Source: Macrostomum lignano (taxonomy: Eukaryota). Taken from it: a stretch of 64,000 nucleotides of DNA. Of this stretch, positions 35,704 through 47,885 are shown in pieces. The position numbers were made by a program, and so were the translations under genes. The stretch lies in NCBI GenBank assembly GCA_002269645.1, contig NIVC01000842.1, forward strand, positions 25,837-89,836. The letters run 5' to 3'. Below the pieces are notes generated by a model. That model did no database searches. It saw nothing but the letters and a program-made list of their open reading frames with translations, and had not been told where the DNA came from. How positions within the stretch are numbered: the first letter of the stretch is position 1; every line of letters starts with the position of its first letter.

Positions 35704-38700
35704 ATGAAAAACATGTCCGGCAGCATTGCAACCGTTGCGAAAAGCTATGAGCTTCTTAGAAAGGAGTGGGAGCGAGACTCTTGTGACTTAAATCGTTGTG
35801 GAGAAATTTTAAAAACCCTAAAGGTACGATATTTTTTACTTTAATAGTTTGTCTTTTCATTTTTTAGTTTTACGCCTTATATTTTTCTTATAGTTTTAGT
35901 ATTAATGTAGAATCATACCATAACAAAATACTTACTTTTTTCTGTAAACGACACTAGCTAGGCCTACTGCTTAACTTGGATTAGATGGTGCATGTCTAGG
36001 ATGGCCACACACTAAGGTGGCCACAATACAGGCATTGCTCTAAATTAGCTTATACAAAGAGAAATAACTTTTAACCTCTTTAAATTACTAGGCCTATTGG
36101 CTGTTCTAGCTTCTGGGGTAGAGAGGAGTAAGAGGACCATTTTGTATCTTTAAATTCATTAGGCCTAATTAAAACTTTGACTATTAACAAGAGGCCTAAT
36201 CAACAATTATAGGCCTAATTGTCAATAATACAGTATTGACTATAGATTATTCAAAAGCTAGGCATATCCAAAAAACTACAAAGGCCTTATCTCTAGAATA
36301 TTATACTCCCAAAGATGCTACCTATTTTTAGGGAAAAATTATTGAATGCAACAATGTCCCAGGCACTCTAGTATTATGTACACAGTGTGCATCAAGGAGT
36401 CAGCAATGTTTTTTGGCATGCTTTATATAATAGCAGAATGTATAGAAAGGTAAAAATGTGTATCATTTTAAAGTAAGTATTGTATTGTATGTAAATTTTA
36501 GGAGACAGATAATTAAACTTAAATAATTGAAAAAGTAAATAAATATATTTCAATTATAAATAGGAGAGCATATCAAAAAACAGTGTTTATAGGGATGTAG
36601 CCAAGAATTTCTTATGGGGGATATAGGGATATGAGTAGCTGCTGCTACTTGTATTTGCTAGCCTAATGGGTGGTAGTTCACAGGAAAAGTAAATGCTATA
36701 AATCAATTTTTTACACCCATCAACCAGGCCCACAGGGGGATATATCCCTGTATCCCCCTTTGCCTGGTTACCGGTTGTTTCGGTAACAAGTTGTTTCGGT
36801 GACAGACGTTTCGGTGACAAATAGTCGTTTTGGTGACAAGTTGCTTTTGATATAGACACACTTTATTTTTTATAAAAAAATAAAGAATTTATAAGTATAG
36901 TCATTTTTGTGACAGGAGGTGCTTCATAATATCAGCTTGTAGTTATTTTGTTAAGATTTATGTTTTGTAAATACTTGAAAACTACCGTCTAAATATTAGT
37001 TATAGGAAATTTGGAAAAGAAATCAAACTAATCAATTATATGGTTTTCTTTCTGTGCAGATTGTTTTAAATTGTCCTAGAATATTCAAACACAACCTATA
37101 AACCTATAGAGAATCCTCATGAAATGCTGACTACAAGAAAAGCAGAGATATTCAGAAGACTAGACACAATTGGTTCAATTGGATTAGAACCCTATTGGAA
37201 TAAATGTTAAAAACCCGCGGACGCGCACTTTAGAAAAGAGTCAAACTATTTTACCACACTTTAGGATTATTAGAGATGTTCTGAAAGATCTGCAGTTTCA
37301 TCGAAATCAAAATTCGCTAACTTTCCAAAATCAAAATTGAAATTTCAGGAAATCATAATTCAGAAAAACAAAGTTTTATATGATCAACACTCACTTTTTT
37401 ACTTTCAATTTACTGCTTAAGCAAAAAGTAATACATGTATAAGTAGTAGAAAGTAGTTTATTTTTAGCAATTTTTTAGACACTACCAAAATTTTAACTTC
37501 TAATTTTTTTTTTGAAATTGAAATTCGCTCTGAAAAATTTCAAATTTTGGAAAATTGAAATTGAATTTTTGGAACATCTCTAAGCTTAATAAATTACGAG
37601 TGTATAAGCCCCTTCAACAGAGGTATTATACCCATTTCCATGTATATGTATTTGCTAGAGCAGCAGCCAGTAAGAAAGAGCAGTGCACGCGCAGGCGCTG
37701 CGCCTGTGTGCGCGCTGCACTTTAGAAAAATTTCAAAAGTGCGCTGGACACTGTCCGCGGTTTTACAACTTTTTCCTATAAGGGATTAGAAAACATAAAT
37801 TCAAAAGATCACAACTCTGGAATTGTAATATAAACAAAATTAAATAAAGCAATACTTAACTGTTTCAGAAAATTACTAAAAAGTTAAAGTTTGACATCCC
37901 TTAGATTTTTAAGGTAATTTTACTTTTTAAAAACAAAATGGCTATCACCAAAGGGTATTTTTCTTGTCACCAAAATGACTTTTACTTCTCACCGAAACAA
38001 CTGTCACCAAAACGTCTTGTTACCGAAACAACTGTAATCCCTTTGCCTATGCCATTGACTATTTATTTGCAATCTCACATAAAATTACTCATTATATATA
38101 GTCATAATGCAAAAATGTCTTTTATCCTCACAGCACCCCAACTTGCAACCTGTCCCCTCCCCCAGTCTATTAGCTAATGCACACAAGCTTTTTGTTTTTT
38201 ATTTTATATAGTTTTTACCAAAGCTTTCTAAACAATGTTGGCATAAAAACCAATAAAAAATTATGTTGAAATGATACCTAACACAAAAGATTTATTAATT
38301 TATTAATAAATTTTTTGGCACTTTTTTCTTTTTTGTTTCTCATAAGGAATGCAATTTTAAGTAATATTTTAATAATTGCAAAAGTAGTTCTAATATAAAT
38401 ATTGTAAAAGGGACAAAAGCTTATGATTCTTTCTGGTATAAACCTTGGGATAAAAATAAAATGAACTATGAATTGCATAGTATTTTAGTGCTTACATTAT
38501 ATATAGGCCTACTTGTGTCTTGTTATATATTTATTTGTTTATATTTATACTCATTATGATATATAATTTAACCTTGATTATAGTTTATATCCAATTTAAG
38601 CTTTTAAAATATATCTTAAATATAATGTAGAACCATGTATAATGATATATATGTACATATATAATGGTGATAGGATGTATCCTAATAATGCCAGTTAATA

Positions 38701-40012
38701 AAAAAAGTTTATTACTACAATTTATTCCTACAGCTATCACTGCTGAGCAATTCTTTTCTACCTGAGTCTCAATCTGGTGCTAGTCAGCAGGAACTGCTCA
38801 TTGCCCGTGAGTTTTTTCTATTCAATCTAAATATACTTACCTACTAAACATAAAAATTTCATTCGTTTTTATTTCCTTATTTGAAGCAAAAAATGTAATC
38901 AGGAAAGTGTCAGATAGTATTCAGGAGTGTCAGATAGTATTCAAGAGTGTCAGATAATATTCAGGAGTGTCAGATAGTATTCAGGAGTGTCAGATGGTAT
39001 TCAGGAGTGTCATAGAAGAATATCTCGTAACTACCTAAACCTTGAGCAGGCAACACGCTAGAGATCGGTGCTCTGCACGCCATCTCCTCTGAGAATGTGG
39101 CCACATTCGAGCGCTATCTGTCTCAGCTGAAATGCTATTACTTCGATTACAAAGGCCAGTTACCTCAATCGCCTTACGAGCACGAACTGCTAGGATTGAA
39201 TCTGCTCTATCTGCTTTGCGAAAGTAGATTGGCAGATTTCCATTCTGAATTGGAGAGGCTGAGCGAAAAACAGATGGAAAGCGTCTATATTCGGCATCCG
39301 GTATCCATGGAGCAGTATCTGATGGAGGGCAGCTATAATAAGGTAAATTTGATAGGTTTTATTATTATTAGAGGTTTGTGGCTGTGTGCACTCTATTATT
39401 GCCCATTCCGCCGATTCCCCTGAGCGCACACACACAGGAGTGTACAGCGGCCCTAACTTTATTTATCGTTAGGCATGTACACTTCACTGTGCCTTGGGGG
39501 GTTGGCTCTCAAGCCGAGCAGAGCCAAGCCGAGATTCCAATTCAGCCCCAAATTAATGTGACTGCACTTGAAATCGAGCCTGGGCCGCTAGCACATCAGA
39601 GCCTGCGCTACCTTCTACCCCAGTCTACCTACCTTTTACCCTACTACTAATAGGTATTTTATTTACCTGTGTTCATAATCCCCTCCAGGTATTCCTATCC
39701 AAAAGCAATGTGCCATCCGAGCGCTACAATCTATTCATGAACATCCTGCTCAATACTACTCGGGACGAGATTGCCAAATGCATGGAGGCCAGCTATGAGC
39801 GGATCGAGCAGCGCGAGGCCCAGCGTATGCTATTCTTTGAAAGCCTGGAAGCTATGGAGCGCTACCGACAAGGCCGCGGCTGGCAACTAGCCGAACAGAC
39901 TAGAGAGTTCGTGTTCCAACAGGACCAATCCGACGCTCATAAACGATTCCCATCGGAGCGAGTGGCCAATACTATGCTGCAGTATGCGGCCGAATTGGAG
40001 AAGATTGTCTGA
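35704..40012 (+). CDS. PSMD8: 26S proteasome non-ATPase regulatory subunit 8 (Rpn12), 4 exons
   Basis: Exons 35704-35823, 38734-38806, 39050-39342, 39689-40012 with consistent phases. Motifs: [88 protein letters not shown]. Confidence 0.96.
36766..38040. mobile_element. Non-autonomous TIR element with repetitive TIRs and an exact TSD, in PSMD8 intron 1
   Basis: Left ggttaccggttgtttcggtaacaag; right cttgttaccgaaacaactgtaatcc. TIRs are built of repeated tttcggtgaca. TSD ctttgcct at 36758-36765 and 38041-38048 (9 bp if the end is shifted by one base). Confidence 0.85.
38899..39011. repeat. 20-bp tandem repeat (tcaggagtgtcagatagtat) x5
   Basis: Directly visible in PSMD8 intron 2. Confidence 0.9.
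39365..39612 (-). mobile_element. SINE type A copy with internal deletions, in PSMD8 intron 3
   Basis: Near-identical to 21888-22248 over cacacaggagtgtacagcggccct...gtgactgcacttg. Confidence 0.88.
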
Positions 40013-40459
40013 ACTGCGACTCTAATGAAACTTTTGAATGCATTGTCTGACTGAAACCTATATTCATAACTACTTATTGCTAGTGGCTCCTGTGTGCGTG
40101 TGTCTCTTCAGAATTCGCTTATTAAATAACCAACTAAATTGCTATCCTGCGTCCTGTGTACTCAAATGTGCTCAGCGTTTTTCTTTTCTTTCTACGGCTA
40201 ACAAAATTCTACTGGAAACTGTAAACTCCCCCCCAAAAACATTTTCCTACCTGCAGTCAACCAATGTAATTAGAGAACTAGGCTCTTAAATATTCTGTGA
40301 AATTGTTTAATAATAATATTAGTTGGCAAACAAGTACCATTTTTTAAAACATAAAATATACGTGTTTTCTTTTATTCAACAAAAGCCAATAAATTATATA
40401 TAATCTAGAATCGCCCAAAACATTCATTATAAACTTCCATTAAACAGCCACTACAAAAT

Positions 40460-40930
40460 CGTCCTAAACAGTCCCTTAGAATCACCCTAAACAGTCCCTT
40501 AGAATCACCCTAAACAGTCCCTAATAATCACCCTAAACAGTCCCTAATAATCACCCTAAACAGTCCCTAATAATCATCCTAAACAGTCCCTAAGAATCGC
40601 CATAAACAGTCCCTAAGAATCACCCTAAACAGTCCCTTAGAATCACCCTAAACAGCACCTTAGAATCACCCTAAACAGTCCCTAAGAATCACCCTAAACA
40701 GTCCCTAAGAATCGCCATAAACAGTCCCTAAGAATCACCCTAAACAGTCCCTAAGAATCGCCATAAACAGTCCCTAATAATCACCCTAAACAGTCCCTAA
40801 GAATTGCCCTAAACAGCCCCTAATAATCACCCTAAACAGTCCCTTAGAATCGCTCTAAACAGTCCCTAAGAATCGCTCTAAGAAGTCCCTAAGAATCGCC
40901 CTAAACAGTCCCTAAGAATTGCCCTGAACA
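40460..40930. repeat. 23-bp minisatellite (cctaaacagtccctaagaatcac)n
   Basis: About 20 units ending about 75 bp before the RPL4 ATG. Confidence 0.95.
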
Positions 40931-41006
40931 ACCTAAACCGAGACTAATAGCCTCAAACCCCCGGATTTGCTCCCTAATTTGCATGCATGCCAGCCTAGCA
41001 GCAACA

Positions 41007-44000
41007 ATGACCGCCCGTCCAGTAGTGACAGTTCAGCCCAGCAAAGAGGGCGAGAAGGCCGGCACCAGCCTAGGCCTGCCAGCCGTGTTCCGCGCCCCGA
41101 TCCGGCCGGACATTCTCAACTTCGTGCACGACCAGATGCGCAAGAACACTCGCCAGCCCTACGCTGTTCACGTGAAGGCCGGGCATCAGGTGTCCGCCGA
41201 GTCCTGGGGCACCGGCCGGGCCGTGGCCAGGATTCCCCGCGTGCGCGGCGGCGGCACCAGCCGCTCCGGTCAGGGCGCTTTCGGCAACATGTGCCGCGGC
41301 GGTCGCATGTTTGCCCCGACTAAAACCTGGCGCAAGTGGCACCGCAGGATCAACGTGCAGCAGCGCCGCTTCGCCGTGGCTTCGGCTATCGCTGCTACCG
41401 GCGTTACCAGCTTGGTGCTGGCTAGGGGTTCGTTTGGGGAGATAGTTCTACTGTGCTTTTTGTTTCTGAGCCAACGCAACCATCGCATAGATCCTCAGTT
41501 GCTGTGCCAGTCTCCCAGATCGTCAGTTGCTGTGCCAGTCTCCCAGATCCTCAGTTGCTGTGCCAGTCTCCCAAATCCTCAGTTGCTGTGCCAGTCTCCC
41601 AGATCGTCAGTTGCTGGGCCAGCTTCCCCAGATCCTCAGTTGCTGTGCCAGTCTCCCAGATCCTTAGTTGCTGTGCCAGTCTCCCAGATCCTCAGTTGCT
41701 GTGCCAGTCTCCCAGATCGTCAGTTGCTGGGCCAGCTTCCCAGATCCTCAGTTGCTGGGCCAGCGTCCCAGATCCTCAGTTGCTAGGCCACCAGCCTCCC
41801 AGATCCTCAGTTGCTGGGCCAGCTTCCCCAGATCGTCAGTTGCTGTGCCAGTCTCCCAGATCCTCAGTTGCTGGGCCAGTCTCCCAGATCCTCAGTTGCT
41901 GTGCCAGTCTCCCAGATCCTCAGTTGCTGTGCCAGTCTCCCAGATCGTCAGTTGCTGGGCCAGCTTCCCAGATCCTCAGTTGCTGGGCCAGCGTCCCAGA
42001 TCCTCAGTTGCTAGGCCACCAGCCTCCCAGATCCTCAGTTGCTGGGCCAGCTTCCCCAGATCGTCAGTTGCTGTGCCAGTCTCCCAGATCCTCAGTTGCT
42101 GGGCCAGTCTCCCAGATCCTCAGTTGCTGTGCCAGTCTCCCAGATCCTCAGTTGCTGGGCCAGTCTCCCAGATCCTCAGTTGCTGTGCCAGTCTCCCAGA
42201 TCCTCAGTTGCTGTGCCAGTCTCCCAGATCCTCAGTTGCTGGGCCAGCCTCCCAGATCCTCAGTTGCTGTGCCAGTCTCCCAGATCCTCAGTTGCTGGGC
42301 CAGCTTCCCAGATCCTCAGTTGCTGGGCCAGCCTCCCAGATCCTCAGTTGCTGGGCCAGCCTCCCAGATCCTCAGTTTCTGGGACAGCATCCCAGAGTCT
42401 CATTTGCTGGGCCAGCCTCCCAGATCCTCAGTTGCTGTGCCAGTCTCCCAGATCCTCAGTTGCTGGGCCAGCTTCCCAGATCCTCAGTTGCTGGGCCAGC
42501 TTCCCAGATCCTCAGTTGCTGGGCCAGCCTCCCAGATCCTCAGTTTCTGGGACAGCATCCCAGAGTCTCATTTGCTGGGCCAGCCTCCCAGATCCTCAGT
42601 TGCTGGGCCAGCCTCCCAGATCCTCAGTTGCTGGGCCAGCCTCCCAGATCCTCAGTTGCTGGGCCAGCCTCCCAGATCCTCAGTTTCTGGGACAGCATCC
42701 CAGAGTCTCATTTGCTGGGCCAGCCTCCCAGATCCTCAGTTGCTGGGCCAGCCTCCCAGATCCTCAGTTTCTGGGCCAGCCTCCCAGATCCTCAGTTGCT
42801 GGGCCAGTCTCCCTGATCTGCAGACTAAGATGTTCTGCTAGATCACAATTCAGCTATCTTGCTTAAATTATAAAAATTAAACCCATATTAATACATTCAG
42901 GCCATCGCATTGAGAAGATCAGCGAGGTGCCACTGGTTGTGAGCGACTCCGTGCAGGATCTGAAGAAGACCAAGGAGGCTGTTGCCTTCTTGAAGCGCGT
43001 CAAGGCTTGGCCAGATATCCAGAAGGTAACAAAATTTCTTGGCTTATTTTGCATTAGCTTACATGTTGTATGTATGCGTTAATCTTTATGAATCAAATCA
43101 TGCTTTTGAGTGTGGGACTTGGAATATGAATTATAAAGTTTGAAAAATCTAAGACATGTTTTCAAATTTGAAAAGTAACGATGAAAACTTTATATTTTAA
43201 ACTTCAGGATCAGATTTTAAGTACATTCTGCACTTTTAGTTGAATAAAATGGCTACCAAAAGGCAGTTATTGCGCCATGATAGCTTAGGGAATCGTCCTG
43301 TGTATAAATATTTCTGTCTCCAAATTTTCTATTTATACTATTATAATGTCTCTCCCACCCCGAATTCCAGGTGTACGCCAGCCAGCGTTTCCGAGCCGGC
43401 CGCGGTAAAATGCGCAACCGTGCTCGCATTCAGAAACGCGGCCCCTTAGTCATCTACGCCAAAGACAATGGACTCTGTCGGGCTTTCCGCAACATCCCGG
43501 GCATCACTCTGATCAATGTTAGCCGGCTGAACCTGCTGAAATTGGCTCCCGGCGGTCACCTGGGCCGATTCGTGATCTGGACTGAGTCGGCGTTCCGTCA
43601 GCTAGATCAGATCTATAGCCGGGCTAAGCTTCCGGACACTAAGATGGTTTGCACCGATCTAACTAGATTGTTGCGCTCGGACGAAGTTAAAGCCGCCGTT
43701 AGACCGCGTGTTGTACGCCAGAAGCGGGCCGTTCTTAAGAAGAATCCGTTAAAGAATGTCAACGTGATGGCCAAGTTGAATCCGTACGCTCTGGTGCTTA
43801 AGCGTAAGGCTATTCTAACCCAGCGCAAGGCTGAGGCTAAGAAGCGCAAGGTAAATTATTTTTTTGATTAGTTATTGAAAATTTTGGTTTTCTACTTATA
43901 GTAGTAAATATATATATTGACATCATTTTTTTGCAACTCTCCAGGCTGACTCGTCCGCTGATAAGAAGCCGGCGGCTAAGAAGGCTAAGACTGGCGGTGC

Positions 44001-44061
44001 CGCGGCCAAGGGCACCAAGGGCGTCAAGGGCAAGCCTGCGGCTGGCAAAGCTAAGAAGTGA
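41007..44061 (+). CDS. RPL4: 60S ribosomal protein L4 (uL4), 4 coding exons
   Basis: Exons 41007-41427, 42901-43025, 43371-43850, 43945-44061. Motifs: [74 protein letters not shown]; Lys/Ala-rich tail. Confidence 0.98.
41490..42812. repeat. 28-bp minisatellite (cccagatcctcagttgctgtgccagtct)n filling RPL4 intron 1
   Basis: About 47 units; the stop-free unit yields long ORFs in all three + frames. Confidence 0.96.
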
Positions 44062-47000
44062 ACTGACAGTTTGTGAAAACGGTGGCCGTAATACTTGATT
44101 TTAGTGTCAGATTAATAAAACTAGCTGATTGTCTAAGAACAGATAAGGCTTGTGCATTCGTGTGCATATTTTAGTGTTGCTTGATTTGGCTTAGTCAAAA
44201 ATGAATAAATAAACAAGACGGTGAAGAAGTGGCAATGAAGAAAGAAATGGCTGGTTGTATCTCAACTTTCTTCTTGGATAAAAGACGAGCTATTTTTGTT
44301 CTCTCGTTTTATTCATTTTTATTACTAACCTCAGTCTGTGCTTTTTCTAAGCACATTTCATTCATTCATTTGATTAATATTTACCACCCGAAACTCCACG
44401 ATAGGCCGATAAGCTTTTATAGCTTAAAGTAGCATAGATCGAGCCAGCGGAGCGAACCATGGACTCCAATCATTCTCTTCAGTGCAGAGTACATTAATAC
44501 TGCTTTAATTCCGTTTTATAGAGTATACATCAAAAAGGATTATGCCCGATGCGCTTATTAACAGGGCGTGGCTCCTTTTCGAAGACTATTGAAATCTATT
44601 AAAATATGGAAATTTTTCAATACAAACTAAAAAAAATTATAATTTTTCTAAAGCTACGTAAACCTATGAAAGCTTTTAAACAGACAGCTAACTTGTACCA
44701 TTTTGTTTTATCACATAACTATGTTTTATCCGCACTAATTTAAATCGCAGGAAAATGAGTTTGGTAATTTAGTGCCTTAACATTAACCTCCTGTTTAATC
44801 TCACGGATGGACTTATTTAGGTGTTTATTGTGTCAAAATGATATAAAATTTATAAGTTTTGCAATAGTTCGTAAGATATTAAAACTTTTGAAAGTAAATT
44901 TAAAATAAATTCATTCTGTATATGACATCGACATGCAGACCTGTGTAGGCCTAATAGTTCAACCTTGCTTAGAGTTAGGACAGGTTAGCCCTTGGGCTAG
45001 ACCCTTGGGCTAGGACTAGGACTACGGTTCAAATGACGAAACAAACAAGTTGACCAAATAACAACACGAACTACTGTCTTTGATTTTGTTTTTATGATAA
45101 TAGTAATTTCATTGTAAATGCTTGTTAACTTTTGTTTTCTTGGACTTTGCTGCTGCATTGCGACTGGAGTTGTTAGCTATGGCCTAGTCATAGCTTTTAG
45201 GGCTAAGAGCCTTAGGCCCTCATGGGAAAATCCAGTTTCTTTATTAGGTTAATTGTCCTAGCCTAATAGGCTAATACTTAGCATAGGCATAAACTTTTTC
45301 CTAAATTTTCCCTTCAGAAAATTATTAAATATCTTATTTGTATCAAATTTCTTTAAACATCCATGGGTAGCTAGGCCTATCATATTGGACCATAATCAAG
45401 GAACATAGCTTTAAGCACAAGAAAGAATGTATTGAGCTAACTAGGCCCATAATATATATCTAATAAGACTAATAACAATTATTATATAACTATAGGCCTA
45501 CTTTCTGTTTTCTTTTTAAAAAGTCAGTTTCATTTGCTAGCAAATGAAAAGGCAGCAGAAAAAATAACTGCACACTAATACATAGCCATAGGGTCTAGCT
45601 AGGACCTATATAATTATTTTTTCTATAAATGACATGAGCCAAAATATCATCATTATCTAGATTGATATAGGGTATTAAAAGCACATATTTGTCATTGATA
45701 TCAATATTATAATAATATATATTGCCTCATAGAGAATATTAGTCTAGCTAATCAATATAGCCAACCTTAGAGAAGATTGCTATATACTATAGGTATAGGT
45801 TAAGACTATATAACTGGGACCTATATCTTTTTTTCTACTAGAAAAAGTTGTTTTAGACCTATTTGCCAATAGAGAAAAAATAACTAGTTAGTTTGCCAGT
45901 AGTCAATTTGCTAAAAGTTTATTTTTAAAAGCAGGTTGTTTTAGGCCTACCAAAAGTTTTATATTAGTCATTTTAAAATATAAAAAAAAATAAAATAGTA
46001 AATTAGACCTATTAAATAGAGTTTGTAAAAAATGCCAAATAAAATAATTAAACTTAGCATATTTAACATTTTGCCCAAATACTCAATATTAGGCCTATTA
46101 GATTAACAAGGACTTTTTAGCTCTGTTGGATATATCAATATTTGAATTGATAGATATCAGTTTGTTGATAATCATGAGACTATCAACTTAGGTCAAGACA
46201 TAACCTTTAAACTTTTAGCAAACATCTTTTAACAAAAGACAAAGGTTTTTAACAAATCATTTAATATTCACAAAAAGGTAATAAAAATCATTGTACATTG
46301 TTATAAGATCTAGCCTGTTAGCCATAGATCAATAACAGTGTTATGTTAAGGGTAGGCCTAGGGCTTAATAAAAAAAAAACTATTGATTAGAATACTTCAA
46401 GCTAATTTTCAATTCTTTATTCTTGTTAGAAAGCATAGGTGAACATTTAGTAATGTACATAAGTATATTTAGATAATATTTTTAGCTTTAATTCAAATCA
46501 CATTCTAACATATTATATAAAAGTAAGTTCTATATCATAAATGTGCAAGTGCAATTTTAATTTACATTGGCATACAACTTACTTTTTTTTACCAAAATGT
46601 GACTTACCTATAAAAGTTAGCTTCAAGCAGAAGTTAATGTAATTTCAAGGTAATAGCAGGAATAACTATAACTATATTATTAAAGCTAAATGCCTTATTA
46701 TATAAACTGTACTACTATGTCTATACTTTTGGGTGCATAATTTTGTAATTTACCTTGGTTGGACCCTTTGGCCTTTGCCAATAGGCTAGATCAACTAGCT
46801 TGGCTAGGTGTTGTGGATATACTATATTCAATATATATTAACTTAGCAACCTTTAGAGGCTTTTATTATAACATTAAAACTATCTATATATAACAAACAA
46901 TTACTTTAGCAATATATTTCTTAAAATGCCCTAATGCTAAAAACCCCATATTATAGTTAGTTTTAAATATACACTATCTTTTGTTTATGTTATAAAAATT

Positions 47001-47885
47001 TAATTCAGAGCTTGGATTGTAACTTATTATATGTTGTTAGACTAAGGCTAAGGGAAACTTAAGGGGTCTTATTGTTAATATTGTTAATAGTATGTCTAGT
47101 ATGCAAGACATTTTTAGACTCTCCTTATTGTATACTATGCATACAATATAATATCTAAGACTATATACAAGAATTTTTTTTCAATAAACAGCTTTTTATG
47201 AGTATAGATACTACAATAAAATAAGTAAAAGAATTATAAAAAAATTTGTTCTCTAAAGAAATAAATTAACAAAGAAAGCAAGGACTTAATAAAATTATAC
47301 AAAATATAAATTCTATACATAGTTTTTTATCATAATCAAATGATCAAATATTATTTAACTTTTTTAGAATTAAAATAGGCCTCAATAATATTTAGCATCC
47401 CAATGATGCTAAGGTTATTATTTTTAAGAATAAAGGGATTTACTTTTCTTTTTAATTTTTATTTCATCTTAGCAATTAGTATTTCTTATAATTAGTATAA
47501 TCCAATGTGTATTTAATTTTGCATCTTTAATTTTAGTTATTGCTACTACTACTATTTTGAACTTTAAAAAAAATACTACTATTTTGAACTTTAAAAAAGT
47601 TTACTTATAAGAGACTAGTTTTTGTAATTCATATAGGTGTCCAAGACTTAAAGGTTTAAAATAATAGTTCCTCCCTCATAAATGGTTTATAAAATTCCCT
47701 CTTTGTTCATGGCGCGCAGTTCTTCACTCTCTCTGCTGCTCGCCACAACTCCAACAAGCCAATCTCCGGCTGCTCTCCTGTCCATAAAATTATAATCTTG
47801 ACACAGTTTAGTTATACTAATAGGGGAGTGCGTTGGTTCCACTTGTATATAACACTGTGCACTTAACTGGCGCTAGAGCTGGAAG

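Noticed and set aside
41453-42866. 275-462 aa ORFs and an apparent long extension of RPL4 exon 1
   Set aside because: 28-bp satellite within an intron; RPL4 homology resumes at 42901 in phase with the donor at 41428.
44400-47700. Long AT-rich intergenic stretch
   Set aside because: No ORF, repeat unit or terminal repeats that I could support.
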